DNA of 64,000 bases from a virus (Duplodnaviria > Heunggongvirae > Uroviricota > Caudoviricetes): the IMG/VR virus record IMGVR_UViG_3300029288_000054, positions 134,607-198,606 of that record; one strand, written 5' to 3'. Position numbers and translations under genes: made by a program. Below the pieces are notes generated by a model. That model saw nothing but the letters and a program-made list of their open reading frames with translations, was not told the DNA's origin and searched no databases. How positions within the stretch are numbered: position 1 is the first letter of the stretch; the number at the start of each line of letters is the position of its first letter. Shown one piece after another: positions 44,298 through 53,151 of this stretch.

Positions 44298-45772
44298 ACG
44301 AAGCAGCGATTGAACCGCTGCCGTTCCTTCAAAACGACGCCAGTGAGTTCTGTAAGATGACTGCTGTAAAGCTCGTCGTGGCCGTGAAGCCCGATAGCAC
44401 CATGCACGAATTCGTGTAAAGCGTCCGCCAGAATTGCCCACCGCCCAGCGGGTGTAAATTTCCACCGTTTCGCCATCGACCGGCTATTATTGTTGTCTTG
44501 CTTGACGATTTGGATAGGGTTGATATAATAGACGTCGCCGTAGCCACCGTGTTCGAATTCAGCCGCACGATCTTCGTCGAAAATAAAACCAACCGAGAAA
44601 GTGGCCTCTTTGTTGAAAAGATCATGCAGGGCGAGCATAACCGAAATCCAAATCCGTGTAAGCCTTCTGCTGTAATCGCTGAACTCGCTGGGGAGATAAT
44701 GTGTTGGAATCTCCATTCCGGTCGTGTTCTTGATGATGAACTCGTGATTGATCTGCGATTGACGCCCTTGCTGTGTGGTCGATTTCGGCGGTGGTGCGAA
44801 ACTCGTCTTCTGATCCTCGGCGATGATTTCACCCTCTTCTTCAACCTTTCTGTCGGGTAGAGTGGCATAAGCAGCCGCTACGATTTCATGCATCGTTTCG
44901 TGAGCTTTTATGTGTTGATTGGAAAGCTTTTCACCCTTATAATGAATGTAAGAAGGCTCTGTATCGCGAAGAGCGGAAAGCTTGTTGATGGTGAGTTCAT
45001 CAATGAAGGCATCAAGCTGGCTCTGATATTCGTGCTTGAGAGCATCGCGATTCGATTGAAGGACAGATGCATCGCCAGCCTTCAACTCAACCACGACACA
45101 TCGCTTGTTGCTATCGACGTAGCGATAGAACATAGGGATGCCGTGAATGCGGACGATCATGCGATTTGGGAACGTCTTATTAGTATAAACGACGCCCCAA
45201 TCGAATTCGCGGCGGCGCGACCCTTTACGTAATCCTGGTTCGAAGATTTGGCCGTTGACCTTGACGGTTCCGTTCCACTGGGCCATGTAGAGGAACTGGA
45301 CGAGATGATTGGTTAATACTTCTCCGACGTCACCTTCGATTGTCACCTTTGTCAGAGTGCCAGGATAGTAATGGTCGCGCTCTTCAAGGGTGTAATTGCC
45401 GCCACTACCGACCACATAAAAATTGCCAGTGTAGATCTCGTAGTGTAGATGGCACATTACCAACAATTCTTTGGCTTTTCCAAATCCACCAACGGCACCA
45501 TTTTGGAAATCCTTGCCTGATTCTCCGAGAGTCATGAACTTATTAACGAGAATATCCTTGCTCATCGGGTCGCCATCGTTACCCCACGAAAAAACCGTGT
45601 TGCCATCCTTGATCTCTATCCAGGCTTCGATGTTCTTGGAATGTGGTGCATCCATGCTATTCTGTAATGCTTCTCTCACTATTGCCCATCGCCAATCGCG
45701 ATAATCATTGAACGATTTCTTAAAGAAGTTCGGGCCGATTCCAACTTGCATCTGCATTACGGCTTTCTCCAA
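44294..45772 (-). CDS. GHKL (HATPase) protein with C-terminal HExxH
   Basis: REALQNSMDA, NDGDPM, GESGK, GGFGKAK, GTL; LHEFVHG...HGHD. Confidence 0.8.
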   Translation of the reverse strand: MEKAVMQMQVGIGPNFFKKSFNDYRDWRWAIVREALQNSMDAPHSKNIEAWIEIKDGNTVFSWGNDGDPMSKDILVNKFMTLGESGKDFQNGAVGGFGKAKELLVMCHLHYEIYTGNFYVVGSGGNYTLEERDHYYPGTLTKVTIEGDVGEVLTNHLVQFLYMAQWNGTVKVNGQIFEPGLRKGSRRREFDWGVVYTNKTFPNRMIVRIHGIPMFYRYVDSNKRCVVVELKAGDASVLQSNRDALKHEYQSQLDAFIDELTINKLSALRDTEPSYIHYKGEKLSNQHIKAHETMHEIVAAAYATLPDRKVEEEGEIIAEDQKTSFAPPPKSTTQQGRQSQINHEFIIKNTTGMEIPTHYLPSEFSDYSRRLTRIWISVMLALHDLFNKEATFSVGFIFDEDRAAEFEHGGYGDVYYINPIQIVKQDNNNSRSMAKRWKFTPAGRWAILADALHEFVHGAIGLHGHDELYSSHLTELTGVVLKERQRFNRCFV

Positions 45773-45829
45773 GCAAAGATAACTCGTTTTGCACTTCCGA
45801 AACCATGAATCTGGTTATAGCACGACAAA

Positions 45830-46390
45830 ATGGCAGATTTAATTGTTTCAGCCGGTTTTAAATCTGGTAAATTGACGGCTATTGAGCCGATTCTTGGCGG
45901 TAAGTTTTGGCTATGCCGTTGTGAATGCGGAAAAACAACAAAAGCCTCAAAATGGCACCTGTTGAGGGGGTTGCGACAAAGCTGTGGTTGTCGTACCAAA
46001 CAAAAACAACAAATAATAACCTGTACAATTTGTGGCTTCGAAGGGACAATTGATGATTTCTACTCACGTAAAGATGGTAATATAAATTCATACAAATGTA
46101 AAAAATGCCTGATCAAGCTCTCACATGAGAGGCAGCGTAAAACGCGCCTAAAAGTGTTGCAACACTACGGAGGAGAAGTACCGAAATGTGCATGCTGCGG
46201 AGAATCACATACAGAATTCCTGTCTATCGACCATATTAATGGTGGCGGGAATAAGCATAGGAAAAATAATAAGATAGTATCAATATACGCTTGGCTTTAC
46301 AAACACAAGTTTCCTGATGGTTTCCGCGTCCTCTGCCATAACTGCAACTTTTCTTACGGCTTGTACGGCTATTGCCCACACACTAAGTGA
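45830..46390 (+). CDS. HNH homing endonuclease
   Basis: WLCRCECG...SCGC N-terminus; CACC...LSIDHING...VLCHNCN. Confidence 0.85.
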   Translation: MADLIVSAGFKSGKLTAIEPILGGKFWLCRCECGKTTKASKWHLLRGLRQSCGCRTKQKQQIITCTICGFEGTIDDFYSRKDGNINSYKCKKCLIKLSHERQRKTRLKVLQHYGGEVPKCACCGESHTEFLSIDHINGGGNKHRKNNKIVSIYAWLYKHKFPDGFRVLCHNCNFSYGLYGYCPHTK

Positions 46391-46442
46391 ACCTTCGACT
46401 TTTGAAATATGTCCTTGACATAGAGAACATTGACGTATTTAA

Positions 46443-46471
46443 TTAATTATTGGTCAGTTTTGTGCTATAAG
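46443..46471 (+). promoter_or_regulatory. phage promoter for the Y RNA/Ro60 cluster
   Basis: TTAATT-17-TATAAG; the first Y RNA starts 5 nt later. Confidence 0.8.
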
Positions 46472-46476
46472 CAAAT

Positions 46477-46610
46477 GTGCTGTGTGGCGCAGAAGTGGGC
46501 TACTTCGCCTACGGAGCGGGTGGTCGCGGGTTCGAATCCCGTCACCGGTTCGCCGGTGTAGCTCAGTTGGCAGAGCACCTACGTACCTACTTCGCTTATT
46601 CCCACAGCAC
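46477..46610 (+). ncRNA. YrlA-like Y RNA 1 (tRNA module, ACG loop)
   Basis: Terminal stem GTGCTGTG/CACAGCAC, GAAGTGGG/CCTACTTC helix, T arm GCGGG-TTCGAAT-CCCGT, acceptor closed by TTCG, D arm GCTC-AGTTGGCA-GAGC, followed by a T run; upstream of Ro60. Confidence 0.9.
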
Positions 46611-46677
46611 TTTTTGACAATAAAGGAGCACATGAACTCGCGGCAATGCGACTGCGGCGGATTGTGCTCTTACGACT

Positions 46678-46760
46678 TGCCGCATGGCGTAGAAACGGGT
46701 TACTTCGACTTGAAATCGACCGCCCTTCGGGGCTTTCTCGTTTCGCTTGTTCCTGCGGCA
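46678..46760 (+). ncRNA. short Y RNA 2 (no T/D module, TGA loop)
   Basis: TGCCGCA/TGCGGCA stem; shares TGGCGTAGA...GGG.TACTTCG and TTCGCT..TTCC with RNAs 1 and 3; GCCC-TTCG-GGGC hairpin. Confidence 0.75.
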
Positions 46761-46769
46761 TTTTGAAAC

Positions 46770-47180
46770 ATGCACTCTACCGGAGCAAAAGGAGATATTG
46801 GAGTCGCCGCTGTCACGGCTGATTTGTTGGAACGTGGATTCGATGTCTTACTTCCACTTTCATCAACTTCACCATACGATCTTGTCGCCACTGATGGCAA
46901 CAAGTTTTGGAAAATCCAAGTCAAGTATGTCTCCGAGAAGAATGGTAAAGTCTGGTGTGAGGTAAGACGGACAGTTATCACCAATAGCAAAATCTCCAGG
47001 CGTAGGTTTCATCAGATTGAGATAGATGTAGTTGCTGTGTACTGTCCGCAATGGAAGCAAGTCTGCTACGTAGCGATGCAAGATGTGGTATCGGTGACAA
47101 TCCGACAAACCTATCCGGCGAATGGGATTAAAAACAGCATTCGTCTCGCTTCGGAGCATATGCGTTTTCCGCCGACTTGA
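46770..47180 (+). CDS. PD-(D/E)XK homing endonuclease (I-Ssp6803I-like)
   Basis: KGDIG...LLERGF.V..P....PYDLV...KIQVK. Confidence 0.82.
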   Translation: MHSTGAKGDIGVAAVTADLLERGFDVLLPLSSTSPYDLVATDGNKFWKIQVKYVSEKNGKVWCEVRRTVITNSKISRRRFHQIEIDVVAVYCPQWKQVCYVAMQDVVSVTIRQTYPANGIKNSIRLASEHMRFPPT

Positions 47181-47195
47181 ACAATATTTAAGAGA

Positions 47196-47331
47196 TTGCT
47201 GCGTGGCGTAGAGGTGGGATACTTCGAATGCTAATCGAGAGGTCGCCGGTTTGAGTCCGGCCATCCGAGCAATCGGATGTAGCTCAGTTGAATAGAGCGC
47301 TACGTACCTACTTCGCTCATTCCCGCAGCAA
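47196..47331 (+). ncRNA. YrlA-like Y RNA 3 (tRNA module, GCT loop)
   Basis: TTGCTGCG/CGCAGCAA stem; T arm GCCGG-TTTGAGT-CCGGC; acceptor CATCCGA-GCAA-TCGGATG; D arm GCTC/GAGC; compensatory changes relative to RNA 1. Confidence 0.9.
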
Positions 47332-47349
47332 CTTTCATTTGGATGCGTT

Positions 47350-47526
47350 ATGATTGCGACTGACACTGAATTTCAGAGTGTGGAGCAGCTTATTGCCGAA
47401 CTTGAGACCGAGATAATTGATCTCGAAAAGTTAAATCGCTCGCCAGACGTAGGATTAGCGATCGAGCAACGGCAGCAACACATTAACAACCTGAAAACAG
47501 AAATTGCCGAGTACGTAACGCAATAG
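47350..47526 (+). CDS. 58-aa coiled-coil protein
   Basis: Manual translation MIATDTEFQSVEQLIAELETEIIDLEKL...; lies between Y RNA 3 and Ro60. Confidence 0.65.
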   Translation: MIATDTEFQSVEQLIAELETEIIDLEKLNRSPDVGLAIEQRQQHINNLKTEIAEYVTQ

Positions 47527-47537
47527 GAGAATATCAC

Positions 47538-48935
47538 ATGGCAGCCATCAACAAGAAGACGAAGAAGTCACACGTTTACGCCGATGAAAAGTTGGCGGGT
47601 GGATATGGTCCAAGGGCTGCCAAGCAGAACGCAGAGGCAACTTTACGCCGTCTTGTCATGACGTGTCTCTTGTGGGAGGATAACGCCTATTGCGACGGAA
47701 AAGCTGTCGTAGATCAGATCAAGGCGTTGGTTCCGCAGGTGCCGAACGTTGGTAAGATTGCTGTTGAGGCTCGTTATGAGCAGAAGCTTCGACACGTACC
47801 GCTGATGCTTGTCCGCGAAATGGCTCGTCATCATATGCCGGATGTGGCCGAGACATTGGCGAAAGTGTGCAACCGTCCGGATGAGATGACAGAATTCATC
47901 GCCATGTATTGGGCTGATAACGCCAAAAAGAAGTCGCTTGCGGCTGCCGTGAAGAAGGGCTTGGCGAAGGCGTTTGGTAAGTTCGACGAATACCAACTGG
48001 CCAAGTACAACCAGACGGATCAAGCTGTGAAGCTGCGAGACGTCTTGTTCTTATGTCATGCAAAGCCGACCGATGATCGTCAGGATCTCTATAAGCGGCT
48101 AATCATCAACGAGCTTAAGACTCCCGATACGTGGGAAGTTGGTATGTCGGCGGCTAAGAGCGTTGCCGAAAAGCGAGCAGTCTGGGAACGGTTGGTCGAG
48201 GACCGAAAGCTTCCGGCGTTCGCTTTCCTCAAAAACCTGCGAAACATGCAGGAGGTAAACGTCTCACGTGAGTCGATGGCGAAGGCATTTGCGAACTGTA
48301 AAGTGGACATGTTGTTGCCAATCGATTTCTTGAAGGCCCGTAAGTATGCCCCGGATTGGACCCGAGAGATCGAGGAGTTGATGTATCGATGTGCTCAGAC
48401 GTGGCCGAGACTTTCAGGCTGGACGACTTTAGCCGTCGACGTTTCTGGTTCGATGGGAAGTGCCGTGTCCGCCAAATCTGAATTTTCTCGGATGGACGCA
48501 GCCGCTTCGATGGCGGTTTTAGCAGCGGAGTGCTGCGACCACGTTTCCATCTACGCTACGGCTGGAAACGATGGTACGCGAAAGCATGCCACGAAGAAGA
48601 TAGAAGCCCTTCGTGGTTTCGCCCTGGCCGACAAAATCTTGGAAGCGAAGTACACCCTCGGCGGTGGAGGTATCTTCACCAGACAAGTCTGCGATTTCAT
48701 CCGCAGCAAAGAAGAAGCACCTGATCGGTTGCTTATTTTCAGCGATTCGCAAGACTGCGATGCACCTGGATCGGGCCTGCCGAAGCCGCATGGCAAGAGC
48801 AACTACATCATTGACGTCTCTTCACATTCGCACGGCGTCAATTATCAAGGCGTTTGGACTGCCGAAATTGCTGGCTGGTCTGAACGTTTCTTGAAGTTCG
48901 TTGCGATGATGGAACAAGCTGACAGCTTGCAATGA
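47538..48935 (+). CDS. rsr: Ro60 ortholog (TROVE plus vWA)
   Basis: KFDEYQLAKY, VKLRDVL, TPDTWEV, LKNLRNM; vWA MIDAS DVSGSM and IFSDSQD; flanking Y RNAs. Confidence 0.95.
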   Translation: MAAINKKTKKSHVYADEKLAGGYGPRAAKQNAEATLRRLVMTCLLWEDNAYCDGKAVVDQIKALVPQVPNVGKIAVEARYEQKLRHVPLMLVREMARHHMPDVAETLAKVCNRPDEMTEFIAMYWADNAKKKSLAAAVKKGLAKAFGKFDEYQLAKYNQTDQAVKLRDVLFLCHAKPTDDRQDLYKRLIINELKTPDTWEVGMSAAKSVAEKRAVWERLVEDRKLPAFAFLKNLRNMQEVNVSRESMAKAFANCKVDMLLPIDFLKARKYAPDWTREIEELMYRCAQTWPRLSGWTTLAVDVSGSMGSAVSAKSEFSRMDAAASMAVLAAECCDHVSIYATAGNDGTRKHATKKIEALRGFALADKILEAKYTLGGGGIFTRQVCDFIRSKEEAPDRLLIFSDSQDCDAPGSGLPKPHGKSNYIIDVSSHSHGVNYQGVWTAEIAGWSERFLKFVAMMEQADSLQ

Positions 48936-49126
48936 AGCCAGCAGACATTAAAGATATGGTGTTTTATCGCGGCGTATCAGGTCACGATCGCGCCATAATC
49001 CGTCGATATCGTGAGATGGTTCGTGGTGAACCGGTTGATTCAGTCGACTGGCAAGCTTGGCCTGATGGTGTCGGCTCTTGTTTACTTACAACCTTTGCGA
49101 GATGGGCCGTTGTAAGGGCCGATTAA
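48932..49126 (+). CDS. hypothetical protein
   Basis: ATGA overlap with the Ro60 stop. Confidence 0.5.
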   Translation: MKPADIKDMVFYRGVSGHDRAIIRRYREMVRGEPVDSVDWQAWPDGVGSCLLTTFARWAVVRAD

Positions 49127-49341
49127 ACTGTGTCGTAAGAAACGATTGCGGCAGTATCAGAATTCGGTAGCTGGTTCTTCGGTCGGAGTGTAATATCAAC
49201 TCGACCTACCGGCATCTTTCCAAGGCCGCAGATACGCAAGACGTTGGTGGTCTGGTAGGCTTCGAGGGCTTCCTCGTCAGCCGTGTGAAAATAGATGACG
49301 CCGCGTTCGTGGTCAATCTCTAAGATACCAGGTATTTCCAT
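49123..49341 (-). CDS. hypothetical protein
   Basis: GGAGG RBS and promoter -10 at 49357-49362. Confidence 0.7.
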   Translation of the reverse strand: MEIPGILEIDHERGVIYFHTADEEALEAYQTTNVLRICGLGKMPVGRVDITLRPKNQLPNSDTAAIVSYDTV

Positions 49342-49356
49342 TATTTCCTCCTGCTT

Positions 49357-49410
49357 ATTATAGCACAGTCATGTCGTGTAGTTAATAGTTCCATACTATC
49401 GTGCTATAAC
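49357..49410. promoter_or_regulatory. divergent promoters sharing one TTAA -35 core
   Basis: Minus strand TTAACT-17-TATAAT and plus strand TTAATA-17-TATAAC overlap at 49382-49385. Confidence 0.75.
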
Positions 49411-49415
49411 TAATC

Positions 49416-52400
49416 ATGGAACAAGGATATTATAGACTGATTGAGCGTATCGACGAATCCGAAGACCGAGATAGCAACCGGTGCGAGGTCGGAAGCCTAT
49501 GGTATTTGTCGGAGATTGAGGGAGACGAAGTAACGTTAATCCAAGGTGAAAGTACTTGGACGTTCTCACTCGACACTTTTCTGGACCATTTCGCCTATGC
49601 TCCAGAGGGGATTAGGGAGCGGCAGGACGAGCTTTCCGATCTCATGTCCAGTTTGCATGCAGTCGGCGACCGTCAAGATAATCTTATCGAATCGGCTTCG
49701 ACGCCGAAATTGTTAGCCGATAACACTCGACCAGCACAAAGACAACCGACCAGCACTGACCTCGTTGCGATGGCGAGTCGCACGAACCCGGCTGTCGCTG
49801 CCAAGAATCTGAAACGAGTGAAGACGGCGTTCGCTGTCACGAAGAATCAGATAGCGAAACGTCATTCAGCACTGCAAACGCTTATTCAGGAGCAAGCACT
49901 GATTCTGAAAGCGAAAACGGCCATTCTAACACGGCAGATCGAAATGGCACAGGAAGCCATTTACATGATCAACGCTTATCTTGGTCAGGATGAAGAGATC
50001 ATCCGAATCCAATCAGGTGAACCGGCATCGGAAGACGAAAAAATCGTCATTCGGCAGCAAGTTCTATTCATGGACGAAGAATCGGCGGTAGCTGCAGACT
50101 TCGCAAAACGCGGTGGTCTCGACTTCAAAGCGGTCGAAGAGTTCGATGCATGGATCAGCGACCCAGAGCATCTACAACAAGTTCTTCCTGAAATCAGAGG
50201 CGTCGTTGCGATTAAGCCACGTCGTAATCCGAAATTCTACGACGACAATCCGTTCGTCAATTCGGAGCTAAACCGGCAAAACAAATGCCTTTATATCCTG
50301 ATTCGAAACGGTGAGAATCTATATCGCATCCATACAACGCTGTGGGTTGATGAAGTGTTCTTACCGAGAAAAGACGAATTTGAGCATTTCTTCTACGAGT
50401 CGCATACCGATTGGGATACGCACGAGAAGGTGAGAAAACCGCTGACGCCGGGATCTGCGAAGTATATGCAGGCTATGGACAAGGCGGAAGCTAAGAAGCG
50501 TCGTTTCTACACCGTCTTAATCATGATCCAAGGTCTGCTTGATCGAACGAAGGTGTTCCACCCACTGCCGATCAACGAGCCGATTAACGTTTGCAACTTG
50601 GAAGGACAGAAGCATGTAACGCTTCGATACGATGTTGAGAATCTGCTTGGAACGGGACGACCCGACTTCGACAAATGGTTGGATGCTGTGAATGGTGAGT
50701 TGGAAGTCGGCTGCAGAATTATCGGAGAGTTTGAGGGCTATTACGCTGGCAGACGCGATCTGAATGAACGGCAAGGCACCAAACATGCATATAGGCCGTC
50801 AAGTGATGAAATTCACATCATCGACAGAAAGGTCGATGAAAGAAGTTTCAGGTTCCTCTACAAATCGGACCACAACAATTGGAAAGGTCGAGATCAATCT
50901 GCGCCGCGTGTGAGCTATCTGATCTACAAGGCCGACGATTTCATCATCAACATCGATAGCGTTACTGTTGCCGATATCGAGTTTTATATTCGGTCGCGGA
51001 CGAATCGGCATCATTATCTCAATATGATTCCGCTGCTCAAGGTCGCACTCGCGATCAAGAAAAAGGAAGCAGAAGAAGAAGCCCCATTTCGTCAATTGCT
51101 AATCGGCGTCATTGCAGGAAAACACAATGTCTCGTTTGCGAGAGCCGAGCGAAGCGTTGACGCATTGATCAAATGGTGGAAATTCAAGACACGAGAGCAT
51201 CGGGCTTTGCTGTCCGAAGACGCTAAAGCGTTGCGAATGATTGTGGCCGAGTTTGGTCGTCGGAAATTGCTCGACAATGATGCATTGGCCGAAGCACACG
51301 AGCAAGCGGTGGAAAAACTTCTAGACGACATGACTCTTGCGGTTTTCTATCGACCGGACAAAAGCTATGCAGTTCTACGGTGCGAGAACTCCGAGAACGT
51401 TTGGGTCCGAGAAGAGATCTGGAAATTGTGCGCTGATACGCAGCTTGGATCGGTTCTTGCATCCACAAACGGCGAGAACATCATCCGATTTGATTGTGGT
51501 GTGTTTGTGCGTCGCGCGTCCATGAAAGAATGGACTGTCGTTGATAAGCGGCATGAGAGTTGGCAATTAGTATGGAGCCATCCGCGATGGAGTGAATGGT
51601 TAGTCGGTGCACGATCACAAGAACACCTGACCGATGCAGAGCGGAAGCAAGCTGCCGATTACGTGTTGGCAGAGTTGGCTAATGTGGCTGCAAATCAACC
51701 TGAATGGTCTGAATTTCTTGACGGAAGACGCGAGAACGGTCGCAGGCCATGGTTAAAGCCGCTTGTGATAACTGCTGATCCAAAGGACGAGAGCGTTTGC
51801 CTCTATTACCTGCAATATCATGCTTCGATGACGAAGAAGCTGATGACAGGCCGCGTCGAAAGCCCGGAATGTGCTACAGTTCGCGTCAGATGGGAAAAGA
51901 AACAAGACGATTTGCATTTCAGGCTGTCAGGCTGTCGTGGTATTGCTATGAAATCAGACGATCTGACTTGGAGAAATCAAACCGTCGTTATCATCTTCGA
52001 AGACAACATCACTTCGTTCGTGACGGAGGAGCAGAAAGCGGAGAAGGCGAAGAAGAAGGAGCGGCTGATGAGAAGGCCGATCCACGCCATAGAACAGAAA
52101 GCGTATGAGTTGATCAGAGCAGCTTGGTACGAAGAGCAACGTGCCAAATTCCTCGAAGATTACGTTGATGATGACGGTGATCTGTGGGAGGATCACAAAG
52201 AAGACCTATCGGTGCCAAGTAATCTCTGGCCGCGATGGATCGAGAATATGGTTGGCTACGTCATTGAACGTGGTATCGACATCAACGGCTGGACGATTAG
52301 CAAACTACATCACCACGCCAACATGTATGGGTGCGGCGTGAAGACAGAAGAAGTCGATTATTATGGACAGGTGAAGGATATGGAGATCGAATACATACAT

Positions 52401-52430
52401 GCCACGGAAGATGATGACGATGAAGATTGA
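49416..52430 (+). CDS. large (1004 aa) hypothetical protein with coiled coil
   Basis: Long uninterrupted ORF, leaderless start; no motif recognised. Confidence 0.85.
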   Translation: MEQGYYRLIERIDESEDRDSNRCEVGSLWYLSEIEGDEVTLIQGESTWTFSLDTFLDHFAYAPEGIRERQDELSDLMSSLHAVGDRQDNLIESASTPKLLADNTRPAQRQPTSTDLVAMASRTNPAVAAKNLKRVKTAFAVTKNQIAKRHSALQTLIQEQALILKAKTAILTRQIEMAQEAIYMINAYLGQDEEIIRIQSGEPASEDEKIVIRQQVLFMDEESAVAADFAKRGGLDFKAVEEFDAWISDPEHLQQVLPEIRGVVAIKPRRNPKFYDDNPFVNSELNRQNKCLYILIRNGENLYRIHTTLWVDEVFLPRKDEFEHFFYESHTDWDTHEKVRKPLTPGSAKYMQAMDKAEAKKRRFYTVLIMIQGLLDRTKVFHPLPINEPINVCNLEGQKHVTLRYDVENLLGTGRPDFDKWLDAVNGELEVGCRIIGEFEGYYAGRRDLNERQGTKHAYRPSSDEIHIIDRKVDERSFRFLYKSDHNNWKGRDQSAPRVSYLIYKADDFIINIDSVTVADIEFYIRSRTNRHHYLNMIPLLKVALAIKKKEAEEEAPFRQLLIGVIAGKHNVSFARAERSVDALIKWWKFKTREHRALLSEDAKALRMIVAEFGRRKLLDNDALAEAHEQAVEKLLDDMTLAVFYRPDKSYAVLRCENSENVWVREEIWKLCADTQLGSVLASTNGENIIRFDCGVFVRRASMKEWTVVDKRHESWQLVWSHPRWSEWLVGARSQEHLTDAERKQAADYVLAELANVAANQPEWSEFLDGRRENGRRPWLKPLVITADPKDESVCLYYLQYHASMTKKLMTGRVESPECATVRVRWEKKQDDLHFRLSGCRGIAMKSDDLTWRNQTVVIIFEDNITSFVTEEQKAEKAKKKERLMRRPIHAIEQKAYELIRAAWYEEQRAKFLEDYVDDDGDLWEDHKEDLSVPSNLWPRWIENMVGYVIERGIDINGWTISKLHHHANMYGCGVKTEEVDYYGQVKDMEIEYIHATEDDDDED

Positions 52431-53151
52431 GCGTTACTCGCGACAAATACGCTTTGAGCCTGTCGGCGAAGTCGGACAGCTAAGATTATGTGATTCGATA
52501 GCACTAATAGTTGGATGTGGTGCTCTTGGTACTGCGTCTGCTGAAATGCTGGTAAGGGCTGGTGTGAATGTTCGCATCATAGATAATGATATCGTAGAAG
52601 AAAGTAATCTTCAACGGCAGTCGTTATTTGATGAGAAAGACATTGACGTACCAAAGCATCTTGCTGCTAGCCGCAAACTGTCGTGCATCAACTCAGATGT
52701 TGTTATAGATGCCATCGATGTAAAGATGGATATTAACAACGCCGATAATTTGGTCGATGGCGTTCGTGTCATTATCGATTGTACCGACAACTTCGAAACG
52801 CGATTTATTATTAATGATACAGCCATAAGACATGGAGTACCGTGGATATATGGTGCTTGTGGTGGTGCTACCGGGATGATGATGCCGATCATCAAAGACA
52901 AATCTCCTTGCTTGAGATGCCTATTCCCTGATGGTGCAGAACAAATGCCGTCACCGGATCAACATGGTATCATTAGCCCAGCCGTCAAAATCGTGGCATC
53001 GCTGCAGGTCTCAGAAGCATTGAAAATATTAACTGGCAATCTCAATGCTGTATCATATGGTCTTACGACATTCGATCTCTGGGATTATTCGTTCAAACGA
53101 ATAAATCTTGGTATGCCGCGACCCGATTGCCCGCTTAAGCGGCAGCTTTGA
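52420..53151 (+). CDS. ThiF/MoeB (E1-like) adenylyltransferase
   Basis: RYSRQ, GCGALG, D.D.VEESNLQRQ, DCTDNFETR, CLRC; start MKIERY. Confidence 0.93.
   Translation: MKIERYSRQIRFEPVGEVGQLRLCDSIALIVGCGALGTASAEMLVRAGVNVRIIDNDIVEESNLQRQSLFDEKDIDVPKHLAASRKLSCINSDVVIDAIDVKMDINNADNLVDGVRVIIDCTDNFETRFIINDTAIRHGVPWIYGACGGATGMMMPIIKDKSPCLRCLFPDGAEQMPSPDQHGIISPAVKIVASLQVSEALKILTGNLNAVSYGLTTFDLWDYSFKRINLGMPRPDCPLKRQL

Noticed and set aside
46770-47180. Group I intron around the PD-(D/E)XK gene
   Set aside because: No P7 or R/S core sequences were found, and the flanks are complete Y RNAs.
46477-47331. Ordinary tRNA genes (Arg, Ser)
   Set aside because: The arm order is permuted and the acceptor stems are closed by tetraloops, so they cannot be charged as they stand.
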